From Thermoplasmata archaeon (GTDB lineage: Archaea; Thermoplasmatota; Thermoplasmata; Halarchaeoplasmatales; Halarchaeoplasmataceae), in contig PULU01000125.1 of the NCBI GenBank assembly GCA_003551065.1, forward strand, positions 1-57,321: a stretch of 57,321 bases of DNA, read 5' to 3'. Positions 21,014 through 29,220 of this stretch are shown piece after piece. The notes beneath the pieces were generated by a model that did not search any database, was not told where the DNA came from, and saw only the letters and a list, made by a program, of their open reading frames with translations. Within the stretch, counting starts at the first letter, position 1; each line of letters begins with the position of its first letter. The translations under genes were made by a program, and so were the position numbers.

Positions 21014-22342
21014 ATGAAATCCGCTATGGAAAAGCCCAGGAAACAGGTATTGCTTACAACCCCATACCGAGAAAAAGGTGAGGAGTACGAGTATTGGGGT
21101 AGTAATGTTTCAGGACTGATAAGATATACTTATGATAAAAGAAATTCAAACGGTTTGAGATTTTTAAAGAAAAATATACCTGAGATCGACATACTCGAAT
21201 TCCCTTCAAAAAATGAATACAAACGTGCATTAAAAAGGGGATATGATGTCGTTGGTTTCTCTTTTTTTACATATCAGATACCCCGAATATTAGAGATGGT
21301 TGAAGAAGCAAAAAAAGAGAATACTCCAGAATTATGGGCTGGTAATTATGGTGCTTTGACCTATGGGATGGAAGAAAAATTTGATAAGATATTCGTTGGA
21401 TATTCAGAAGAAGAAGTCGCTGAAGAATTGGGTACAAAAATAGACGAGCTAGAACATCCTATGATAGTGGATTATATAGGAACACCCATGGGTATAAGAG
21501 GGTTCCCGTTAGCAGTAGTCTTCACGAATAGGGGTTGCACACAAAACTGCAAGTTCTGCCAGACTCCTGTATTTTGCTCTAAACCTTATAAAATACCTCT
21601 TTCTTCTATCGAGAAGGTAGTTAAAAATTACAAAGAAGTGGGTGTGAGTGAGATAGTTTTCATGGACGAAAACTTTGGTATGTATAAAAAACACGCAGAA
21701 AAAGCGATCGATATTTTAGATAAATACGATATGAATTGGTATCCGATGACAAGAATAGATTTATTGGATAAAAGATTAGATGATTGGTACGATAGAGGTT
21801 TTTCAGGCACTTTAATCGGTGTGGAAAGTCTTGATCAAGATTCTTTAGATAACGTTGGGAAAAATATTGATGTCGAAAAAACTTTTAATGTACTCGAAAG
21901 GCTAGAAGAAAAAAATTCTTTCGTTATCGGTTATTATATTATTGGGTTCGAAGACGATACCATTCCTAAGATAAAGAAAAATATTAGGAAGTTGAACGAC
22001 TATTCCCTGGATCTTGTCCAAATATGTATAATCACACCCCTCCCTCGTACCCCTTTGTGGGAGGAGATATCCGAGAAATATGGTATAATAAGTGATGATT
22101 GGAGTAAATGGAATACCAAACATCTAGTTTGGGATCATCCAAAAATAAACCAAAATGAGATGAGAGATGTTTTAGAATGGGGATTCAAAGAAGCTTATCC
22201 TAAAACTACTTTTTTCAAATCTCCAATAAAATATTACTTAAGAAAGGTGGATAGATTTGGCCATTTCAAGACCCAAGCAAAAATGATCAAGGATTTTATC
22301 ATATCTAATTCGGGAGTAAAGACTAAAATAAACGATTGTTAA
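21014..22342 (+). CDS. B12-binding-domain radical SAM enzyme (class B-like)
   Basis: N-terminal Rossmann-like VLLTTPY...VVGFSFFTYQ segment, then NRGCTQNCKFCQTP (TGC at 21536). Size and layout fit cobalamin-dependent rSAM methyltransferase/cyclase families. Start moved from TTG 20921 to ATG 21014; ATG 21026 is also possible. Confidence 0.72.
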   Translation: MKSAMEKPRKQVLLTTPYREKGEEYEYWGSNVSGLIRYTYDKRNSNGLRFLKKNIPEIDILEFPSKNEYKRALKRGYDVVGFSFFTYQIPRILEMVEEAKKENTPELWAGNYGALTYGMEEKFDKIFVGYSEEEVAEELGTKIDELEHPMIVDYIGTPMGIRGFPLAVVFTNRGCTQNCKFCQTPVFCSKPYKIPLSSIEKVVKNYKEVGVSEIVFMDENFGMYKKHAEKAIDILDKYDMNWYPMTRIDLLDKRLDDWYDRGFSGTLIGVESLDQDSLDNVGKNIDVEKTFNVLERLEEKNSFVIGYYIIGFEDDTIPKIKKNIRKLNDYSLDLVQICIITPLPRTPLWEEISEKYGIISDDWSKWNTKHLVWDHPKINQNEMRDVLEWGFKEAYPKTTFFKSPIKYYLRKVDRFGHFKTQAKMIKDFIISNSGVKTKINDC

Positions 22343-22373
22343 AAAGAGAGACAATAATGATAATTAAGAAATT

Positions 22374-23927
22374 TCACAGATATCCGGTGTATCTCAGCAA
22401 AGAGTAAACTATAACCAAGAAGTACATCCCAAATATTGGCCTATGATCTTCATGGGAGTAGAAAATATAGGAAGCAACCAATGAGATCGGCGCCAATACA
22501 AATAAATCTACCCTGCCTTGAAGCAATATGATAGGACTTAGGAATAGTACCACGACCATAATAGTCATAAATCGTTTTCCCCTCTCCCGTCCGTATATGG
22601 TGTAAATGTTTTTAACTCCTGATAGTTTGTCACCCTCATAGTCAGATAGAGCGTTAATATATGGGGATATAGAAAGAGTCAAAAATATTATCACTGAAAT
22701 CGAGAGAACTTCCCTGAAGAATGGCACACCTTCGATTAGAAAAAATCTTCCATCTTTTAAGGACAATGACCAATATATAGGGGAGTAAACTCCAAATAAC
22801 AGCGCAACCACACTGGCGTATCCAACACAGATATAGCCGTACGCTCTCTCTTTAAGTCTGACAGGGGGGACAGAGTAGGCGAGAGCTGCAAGCATAAAAG
22901 TAAGGTTCAATATCATCAAAGTGATACCGATATATAGGCTTATTAAAATAGACAAAACTGCTATAGTCACAGCGATGTTACTAAAAAGCTTGGAATCTAT
23001 ATCTCCAGTAACTAAAGGCCTGTTTGGATGAACTATCCGATCTATGCCTATGTCATACATATCGTTTATCATAGCTGTGAACTGCCATGTCATTACCATG
23101 CAAAGCGGTGGAAAAACGAACTTTGGTATATTATATATTTCAAAAACAAAATTAACTTCGTAATTCAATTGAGATAGAATTATAAACCCTATTATCGTCA
23201 TAGCCATGAAGTGCACTGATCTTAAAACTTTCATATTCGAAACATAATTTTTTAAAATCGACCTCCTCCAAAAATAACTAAATGATAAAATAATAAGAAT
23301 TAATTGGAGAAAAAGTGCTAAGAATAGTATTTCTAAATGTTCTTTATACATCAGGGATGTAATTTCTTCAGCACTGATACCCAGCAGTTCTAGCTGTGAG
23401 AAAACGATTATAAAAGCTGCTAGAGATGAGATAACACCGAGGAAACTATGGGTCCCCCTCTTCGCTACATTCCCGTCTGAGCATCTCCATATCATGTATC
23501 CTGTGAGTATAGCTACAAGATAAACGATAGCAAGTCCCGAATTGAATACTGTTTCAATTACTAATATATCGATTGAATTAGACCAAGTTGTGATTTTTAA
23601 AGGGTGTATCATTCCGCCCATTAAGTAAGTAAAAACAGGGCTTAGTCCCAACAACCAATATATCGAAGATATACCTTTAATCGATACGGTTATGGAACTA
23701 TTTCTAGAAAAAATTTGAACTATCCATAGAATAAGAATGAAGAATATAAAAAAAGAGAGACCGTTAAGGTAAATATAGATCAGAGAAAAGTTAGTTCGAG
23801 TTCCAAAAACTATCTTGAGAATGGTATTAAAGGTGGTTAATAAAATGATGTATGATAAGACAAAAAGAACAGTATTTTTCTCAAGGAAATTTTTTAGTTT
23901 TATCTTCCTATATATATTAGTGTTCAT
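22374..23927 (-). CDS. UbiA-superfamily prenyltransferase (DGGGP-synthase-like core) with a ~230-aa polytopic N-terminal extension
   Basis: Asp-rich motifs NDMYDIGIDRIVHPNRPLVTG and ALSDYEGDKLSGVKNIY lie in the C-terminal ~280 aa. The N-terminal half is an additional run of hydrophobic helices. Confidence 0.75.
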   Translation of the reverse strand: MNTNIYRKIKLKNFLEKNTVLFVLSYIILLTTFNTILKIVFGTRTNFSLIYIYLNGLSFFIFFILILWIVQIFSRNSSITVSIKGISSIYWLLGLSPVFTYLMGGMIHPLKITTWSNSIDILVIETVFNSGLAIVYLVAILTGYMIWRCSDGNVAKRGTHSFLGVISSLAAFIIVFSQLELLGISAEEITSLMYKEHLEILFLALFLQLILIILSFSYFWRRSILKNYVSNMKVLRSVHFMAMTIIGFIILSQLNYEVNFVFEIYNIPKFVFPPLCMVMTWQFTAMINDMYDIGIDRIVHPNRPLVTGDIDSKLFSNIAVTIAVLSILISLYIGITLMILNLTFMLAALAYSVPPVRLKERAYGYICVGYASVVALLFGVYSPIYWSLSLKDGRFFLIEGVPFFREVLSISVIIFLTLSISPYINALSDYEGDKLSGVKNIYTIYGRERGKRFMTIMVVVLFLSPIILLQGRVDLFVLAPISLVASYIFYSHEDHRPIFGMYFLVIVYSLLRYTGYL

Positions 23928-23948
23928 CTAGATCACCTCTATAAAACT

Positions 23949-24926
23949 CTAGGCCCCAGCTAAAATTAAAATAACCATAATAAGGAGCGGATATCGTGAG
24001 GATATGAACCATTTTGGCATATTCTTTGCGGCTTCTTTACATGATATCTCTAAATCTTCACGATTGCTAGCTTCATATATGTCCCCTCCAATGTTTAATA
24101 TTGATACCGTATTGATTATGCCCATAATAATGAAAAGAGTGATCGAGTAGATATTGTAAAAGGTCCAACCAGTCTGAACTGGTTTTAAAAATACTCCAGC
24201 TATTGCTATCAAGCCTCCGAAAGTAGTGAATAAAAATGCTAGTCTCATAGTCTTTCTCATGCTAAATATATGTGCCCAGGTTTTTATTCCTTCTACCATA
24301 TCCTCTCTATAATCTTCACAAGTATTTACTAGAGTTATGCCCTCATTTAATAGTGCATAACCCAAACAAAAAACCACGATATACCACGTTAAAGAATCCT
24401 GAAAGATGAACCAACCTCCTAACACAGGCAGTGTGTAAAGACCAAATAGAACAGGTAACGGGCTGAGAATGCCTCTTCTTTTTATCCTTATCGGTTCAGC
24501 CGAATAAACATATCCAAAAACCAATCCAGAAAGTGAAAGAATGGAGGTCACGAAATGACCTTTAGCCATCAAAAACAAGATAAGTGCTGATATCGCAACA
24601 ACCTCCATACTAATTATTGTTTTTACATTGAATCTACCTAAGATTTTAACTGCATCACTCATATGCCTTTTATATCTCATGTCTATTCTGACATCGTAAA
24701 GACAGTTAATGTTGCAAGCAAATGCTATCAAAAGAAAATACAGTAATATGTAGACCAGAGAGCTAGTCGAGAAAAGATGAGATATAGTCGTTGCTCCTAA
24801 AATCAGACCCAACAAGGGATGTGGAGGTGTTCCCAATTGGATCTTAGCTCTGCTGATAGTCAAGAATGCTTTGAACTTGCTGAATATATGATGATCTGTT
24901 TTATCAGACATTATTTCAATCGTCAT
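23949..24926 (-). CDS. UbiA-superfamily prenyltransferase
   Basis: Polytopic membrane protein with NCLYDVRID (NxxxDxxxD) and NTCEDYREDMVEG second acidic motif. Lies 21 nt upstream of the 517-aa UbiA gene on the same strand. Confidence 0.68.
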   Translation of the reverse strand: MTIEIMSDKTDHHIFSKFKAFLTISRAKIQLGTPPHPLLGLILGATTISHLFSTSSLVYILLYFLLIAFACNINCLYDVRIDMRYKRHMSDAVKILGRFNVKTIISMEVVAISALILFLMAKGHFVTSILSLSGLVFGYVYSAEPIRIKRRGILSPLPVLFGLYTLPVLGGWFIFQDSLTWYIVVFCLGYALLNEGITLVNTCEDYREDMVEGIKTWAHIFSMRKTMRLAFLFTTFGGLIAIAGVFLKPVQTGWTFYNIYSITLFIIMGIINTVSILNIGGDIYEASNREDLEISCKEAAKNMPKWFISSRYPLLIMVILILAGA

Positions 24927-25079
24927 TAGAAATTTATTTTATAAAAACTTATCTTGGTTGGAAAAAAATCTTAAAAATTTCTCTCAATATATTAAAGTAA
25001 CAATAGTTCATAGCTTGTATAGAGCGAGTCGCTTTTGGCCTGCGATCAAGAGAATATAGTATACCGCCCAAGGAACAGA

Positions 25080-25090
25080 TTTATATAATA
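25080..25090 (+). promoter_or_regulatory. TATA-like element upstream of tRNA-Lys
   Basis: TTTATATAATA is centred about 40 nt upstream of the tRNA 5' end. Sequence-only call. Confidence 0.3.
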
Positions 25091-25124
25091 GTTGCTTGTA
25101 GGTGCTAAAACACTGCTTAAAATA

Positions 25125-25258
25125 GGGCCTGTAGCTCAGCTAGGTAAGAGAGAGCTAACCTGCTCTTTCTCTAGAAAGAGCACCTGGCTTTTAACCAGGT
25201 GGTCTGGGGTTCGAATAGAGTTGCTGTCAGGCAGTTCACGGAAATCCCCACAGGCCCA
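25125..25258 (+). tRNA. tRNA-Lys (anticodon UUU) interrupted by two non-canonical introns
   Basis: Removing about 25147-25177 and about 25217-25245 gives a perfect cloverleaf. Acceptor stem GGGCCTG/CAGGCCC, D stem GCTC/GAGC, anticodon stem CCTGG/CCAGG with loop CTTTTAA (TTT at 25190-25192), variable loop TGGTC, T arm TGGGG-TTCGAAT-CCCCA, discriminator A. Confidence 0.85.
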
Positions 25259-25318
25259 TCTTAAAATCGAGTGTGGTATCTATCATGGAAAAAACAAATT
25301 CAAAAACGGGGGAATACG

Positions 25319-25573
25319 ATGGGTAAATTCAACGTTATGAAGCACGGCTTCGTTCCTGAACATCATCTCGTTCCCAAAGAGGAAGAAGAGAAGATATTAA
25401 AAAAGTTAGATGTCAGTAAACAGGATCTCCCAAAGATCCTAAAAACTGATCCTGTAATCCAACATATGGAAAAAGTACACGGTGATATAGAGGAAGGTAG
25501 GATGATCGAAGTCATACGTGATAGCGCAACAGCTGGTATGGCAAAAGTATATAGATTGGTAATAGGCAGATAG
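25319..25573 (+). CDS. rpoH: DNA-directed RNA polymerase subunit H (Rpo5)
   Basis: HHLVPKEEEEKILKKLDVSKQDLPKILKTDPV...IEVIRDSATAGMAKVYRLVIGR matches archaeal RpoH. Start taken at MGKFNV; ATG 25337 (MKHGF) is an alternative. The longer track ORF overlaps the tRNA. Confidence 0.88.
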   Translation: MGKFNVMKHGFVPEHHLVPKEEEEKILKKLDVSKQDLPKILKTDPVIQHMEKVHGDIEEGRMIEVIRDSATAGMAKVYRLVIGR

Positions 25574-25596
25574 AGAGTAAGATAAGGTGTGAAAAG

Positions 25597-28500
25597 ATGA
25601 GAGAATTAGTGGATAGTTTCTTTAAAGAGATTAGTGTAGTCAGTCACCATCTCGAATCCGTCAACGATTTCTTGCCCACTATGGACAACCCTAATTGTAG
25701 GGCACAGAAGATCATCGATAACATAAGGATCGGTTATGGTGAAGGTGGTTGGGGTAAGATAAGATTGAACCCTGAAAAAGTGGATGGTCAAGATATCGAA
25801 ATAAGGGTCGGTAGAGAGAGAACAGAAGATGGTAGGGTCGATCCGAACTCTGAACGGACCATCAGGATAAAGAGACCTACAGTTAAGGAAGCTACAGGCT
25901 CAGAACACAAACTAACGCCTCACGAGGCAAGATTGAGGGATCTATACTATAGCGCAGAGATCGAGATGAAGATGAGTGTGATCAAGGAGGGTATCGAAGA
26001 GGAACCAGAGTGGGTTCCGATAGGTAGGATACCCATAATGATAGGTTCCAAAAAATGTAATATTCATCCAGATAATATAGACAGTACCGTCGAAGAAGTC
26101 CTAAATATAGATATTAACAGTGTGGAGTACGAAAAAAAGAAGTATGAAGAAAAAGTCAAGATGTTGGGTGAGGATCCACATGAACCTCAGGGATATTTTG
26201 TGATAAGTGGAACGGAAAGAAACCTGATGGCTGTAGAAGATATGGCTTCTAACAGAGTGATGTGTGAGATCAATGAAAAATATGGACGAGAGATTGAAGT
26301 GGCTAAGATTTTCTCTCAGAGACATGGTTACAGAGCGCTCACCGTTATGGAGAAAAAGAAAGATGGTCTGATAACTGTTTCTGTGCCCTCTGCTAGAGGG
26401 GACATACCTGTGATAATATTGATGAAGGCTTTAGGTATGGAGAACGATCAAGAGATATTCAATTCTATGTCCATTGATGAGGACATGTCAAGTATAATCT
26501 TCGCTAACATCGAGATGTGCCAGGAAGAAGAGGAATATTCACCAAATGGTGTTTATGATCAAGGAGATGCTATAGCATATCTTGAAAAGAAATTTGCTAC
26601 AGGCCAGGCAGAGGAATATAGACAACGTAAGATAGATTCGATTTTAGACCGCTCTCTTCTTCCTCACTTAGGGAATCATAAAGAGGATAGGATCAAGAAA
26701 GCGGTATTCCTTGGCAGGATGGCTAAAGCTATCCTCGAACTTAAAGCAGGCCATAGAGAAGCTGATGATAAGGACCATTATGCAAATAAAAGATTGAAAC
26801 TTGCAGGAGACCTGATGGCAGACCTCTTCAGAGTTTCAGCGGTAAATCTTTTAAAAGACCTAAAATACCAGCTCGAAAGGAATTACAGTAAAAAAGGAGA
26901 GATCCGTATAAGATCTTCGATAAGACCTGATCTTTTGAAGAATAAACTTCAACATGCCATGGCTACCGGAAACTGGGTCGGAGGTCGAACTGGTATTTCA
27001 CAACTTCTAGATAGAACCTCCAACATGAGTGCAATAAGTCATCTTAGACGAGTTAAATCTCCATTATCCAGAAGCCAACCTCATTTCGAGGCAAGGGAAC
27101 TTCATGCAACACATTGGGGTAGATTATGTCCCAACGAGACTCCTGAAGGCCAGAACTGTGGTCTAGTTAAAACATCTGCACTGGTCATCGATGTTTCCAA
27201 AGGCACTGAACCAATGGAGATACGGTGGAAGCTTTACGACATAGGTTTGGAACAGATGGGGACTTCAGGAAAGGCTAGAACAAAAGTCTATCTCAACGGT
27301 GATCTTATTGGCTTAGTGGAGGATCCTATAGAGTTTGTAAAAAATCTAAGAAAGGAAAGAAGGCATGGGGAGTTATCCGATCAAGTCAACGCTAGATACG
27401 ATAGCTCTATGGGAGAAGTCATATTGAACTGTGACGAAGGAAGGGTAAGAAGACCACTTCTTATAGTAGAAGATGGTGACATAAACCTGACCAAAAAAAG
27501 AATAGATGAATTGTTAGATGGAAGATCGAGTATAAATGAACTGTTCAGCGAGAACACCATAGAATGGATCGATGCCGAAGAGGAAGAAGACATATACGTA
27601 GCTCTTTATCCTTTTGAAATACCGTCCCTTTGCGATGAATGTGATTCACCAGTCTCGGAAGCCGACATCACATGGCTCAACATGGGGCAAGGTGATGATA
27701 TAGCCGAGATCGAATGTAATAAGTGTGGAGGAATGATGGAAAGAGAGAATCTGATAGAAGATGATCATACCCACCTTGAAGTAGATCCGTTATTGGTACT
27801 AGGGGCTTCTACAGGATTAGTACCATATGCAGAACATAATGCAGCACCTAGATGTTCAATGGGTGCAAACATGATGAAGCAGTCTCTCGGATTACCTTCC
27901 TCAAACTACAGACAGAGACCAGATACCAGAGAACATCTGATGCATTATCCACAAAGACCTTTGCTACAAACTAAAACTATGGATCTAGTCAATTTCAACG
28001 AACGACCCGCAGGTCAGAATTTTGTAGTTGCTGTCATGTCGTATCAGGGTTATAACATGGAAGATGCTCTAGTTTTTAACAGGGCAGCTATTGACAGAGG
28101 GTTAGCAAGATCCACCTTCTTTAGAACATATACAACAGAAGAGAGGAGGTATCCCGGTGGGCAGGAAGATCATTTTGAGATACCCGATCCAGACGTAAGA
28201 GGGGCTAGGAGTGACCAATTCTATAAACATCTTGATGAGAACGGTTTGATCAATCCAGAGAATAAGGTCGATGGTGGGGATGTGTTAGTAGGAAAAACTT
28301 CACCACCAAGATTCCTTGAAGAGGATACAGATTTCATGGCACCTCAAAAAAGAAGAGAAACTTCCAAGATTGTAAGGCCTAGAGAAAAGGGATGGGTTGA
28401 CACCGTTATGCTCACGGAATCAGAAGATGGAAGCCGGTTGGTGAAAGCCAAGGTGAGAGATCAAAGAATCCCTGAACTCGGTGATAAATTCGCTTCTAGA

Positions 28501-29220
28501 CACGGACAAAAAGGGGTCATCGGTAAACTAGTCGAACCAGAAGACCTGCCTTTCACTCAGAACGGGACGGTACCTGACCTGATATTAAATCCACATGCGA
28601 TCCCATCAAGGATGACCGTCGCCCATGTGTTGGAGATGCTTGGAGGAAAGATCGGATCTCTCGAAGGGAGATTCATCGATGGAACGCCTTTCAGTGGAGA
28701 AACTGAAGAAGCCCTCAGAAAATCCTTGAAGGATGCAGGTTTCAAACATAACGGAACGGAGGTATTATACGACGGTAGAACAGGAAAGATGCTCCAAGCC
28801 GAGATCTTCGTAGGAGTGATATATTACCAGAAGTTACATCACATGGTCTCTGGGAAACTTCATATGCGGTCTAGAGGTCCGGTACAGATACTCACTAGAC
28901 AGCCGACCGAAGGTCGTTCTAGACAAGGTGGACTCAGGTTTGGAGAGATGGAAAGAGACTGTTTGATCGGACACGGGACTGCCATGGTAATCAAGGATAG
29001 ATTATTGGATCAATCCGATGGAACCACAGAATACATCTGTGGAAACCCTGACTGTGGCCATGTGGCCATACTAGATAGTAATGGTGAGTTAAGATGTCCT
29101 GTATGTGGTGAGAAATCCGATGTTCATCAGATCCAGACGAGTTATGCATTCAAATTATTGATGGATGAGTTGCGATCACTTGGAGTTGCGATGAGATTAC
29201 AACTGGAGGATTTGAAATGA
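25597..29220 (+). CDS. rpoB: DNA-directed RNA polymerase subunit B (unsplit)
   Basis: Conserved blocks GYFVISGTERN, DHYANKRL, RRVKSPLSRSQPHFEARELHATHWGRLCPNETPEG, IDAEEEED, PYAEHNAAPR, SRHGQKGV, GEMERDC. C-terminal Zn motif CGNPDCGH...CPVCG. Confidence 0.97.
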   Translation: MRELVDSFFKEISVVSHHLESVNDFLPTMDNPNCRAQKIIDNIRIGYGEGGWGKIRLNPEKVDGQDIEIRVGRERTEDGRVDPNSERTIRIKRPTVKEATGSEHKLTPHEARLRDLYYSAEIEMKMSVIKEGIEEEPEWVPIGRIPIMIGSKKCNIHPDNIDSTVEEVLNIDINSVEYEKKKYEEKVKMLGEDPHEPQGYFVISGTERNLMAVEDMASNRVMCEINEKYGREIEVAKIFSQRHGYRALTVMEKKKDGLITVSVPSARGDIPVIILMKALGMENDQEIFNSMSIDEDMSSIIFANIEMCQEEEEYSPNGVYDQGDAIAYLEKKFATGQAEEYRQRKIDSILDRSLLPHLGNHKEDRIKKAVFLGRMAKAILELKAGHREADDKDHYANKRLKLAGDLMADLFRVSAVNLLKDLKYQLERNYSKKGEIRIRSSIRPDLLKNKLQHAMATGNWVGGRTGISQLLDRTSNMSAISHLRRVKSPLSRSQPHFEARELHATHWGRLCPNETPEGQNCGLVKTSALVIDVSKGTEPMEIRWKLYDIGLEQMGTSGKARTKVYLNGDLIGLVEDPIEFVKNLRKERRHGELSDQVNARYDSSMGEVILNCDEGRVRRPLLIVEDGDINLTKKRIDELLDGRSSINELFSENTIEWIDAEEEEDIYVALYPFEIPSLCDECDSPVSEADITWLNMGQGDDIAEIECNKCGGMMERENLIEDDHTHLEVDPLLVLGASTGLVPYAEHNAAPRCSMGANMMKQSLGLPSSNYRQRPDTREHLMHYPQRPLLQTKTMDLVNFNERPAGQNFVVAVMSYQGYNMEDALVFNRAAIDRGLARSTFFRTYTTEERRYPGGQEDHFEIPDPDVRGARSDQFYKHLDENGLINPENKVDGGDVLVGKTSPPRFLEEDTDFMAPQKRRETSKIVRPREKGWVDTVMLTESEDGSRLVKAKVRDQRIPELGDKFASRHGQKGVIGKLVEPEDLPFTQNGTVPDLILNPHAIPSRMTVAHVLEMLGGKIGSLEGRFIDGTPFSGETEEALRKSLKDAGFKHNGTEVLYDGRTGKMLQAEIFVGVIYYQKLHHMVSGKLHMRSRGPVQILTRQPTEGRSRQGGLRFGEMERDCLIGHGTAMVIKDRLLDQSDGTTEYICGNPDCGHVAILDSNGELRCPVCGEKSDVHQIQTSYAFKLLMDELRSLGVAMRLQLEDLK

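Noticed and set aside
19891-25258. The AT-rich rSAM/UbiA block as a tRNA-targeted integrative element
   Set aside because: There is no integrase, excisionase or transposase. I could find no direct repeat of the tRNA sequence at the distal boundary (19891-19987). The block abuts the 5' side of the tRNA rather than its 3' half.
25092-25340. 82-aa ORF in the supplied track upstream of rpoH
   Set aside because: It is read straight through the tRNA-Lys gene (25125-25258) and starts at TTG. The tRNA cloverleaf explains the sequence, and the ORF has no protein-like features.
27610-27762. Intein in rpoB
   Set aside because: The insert is only about 45 aa and lacks the N-terminal Cys/Ser splice residue context and the C-terminal HN-[CST] block.
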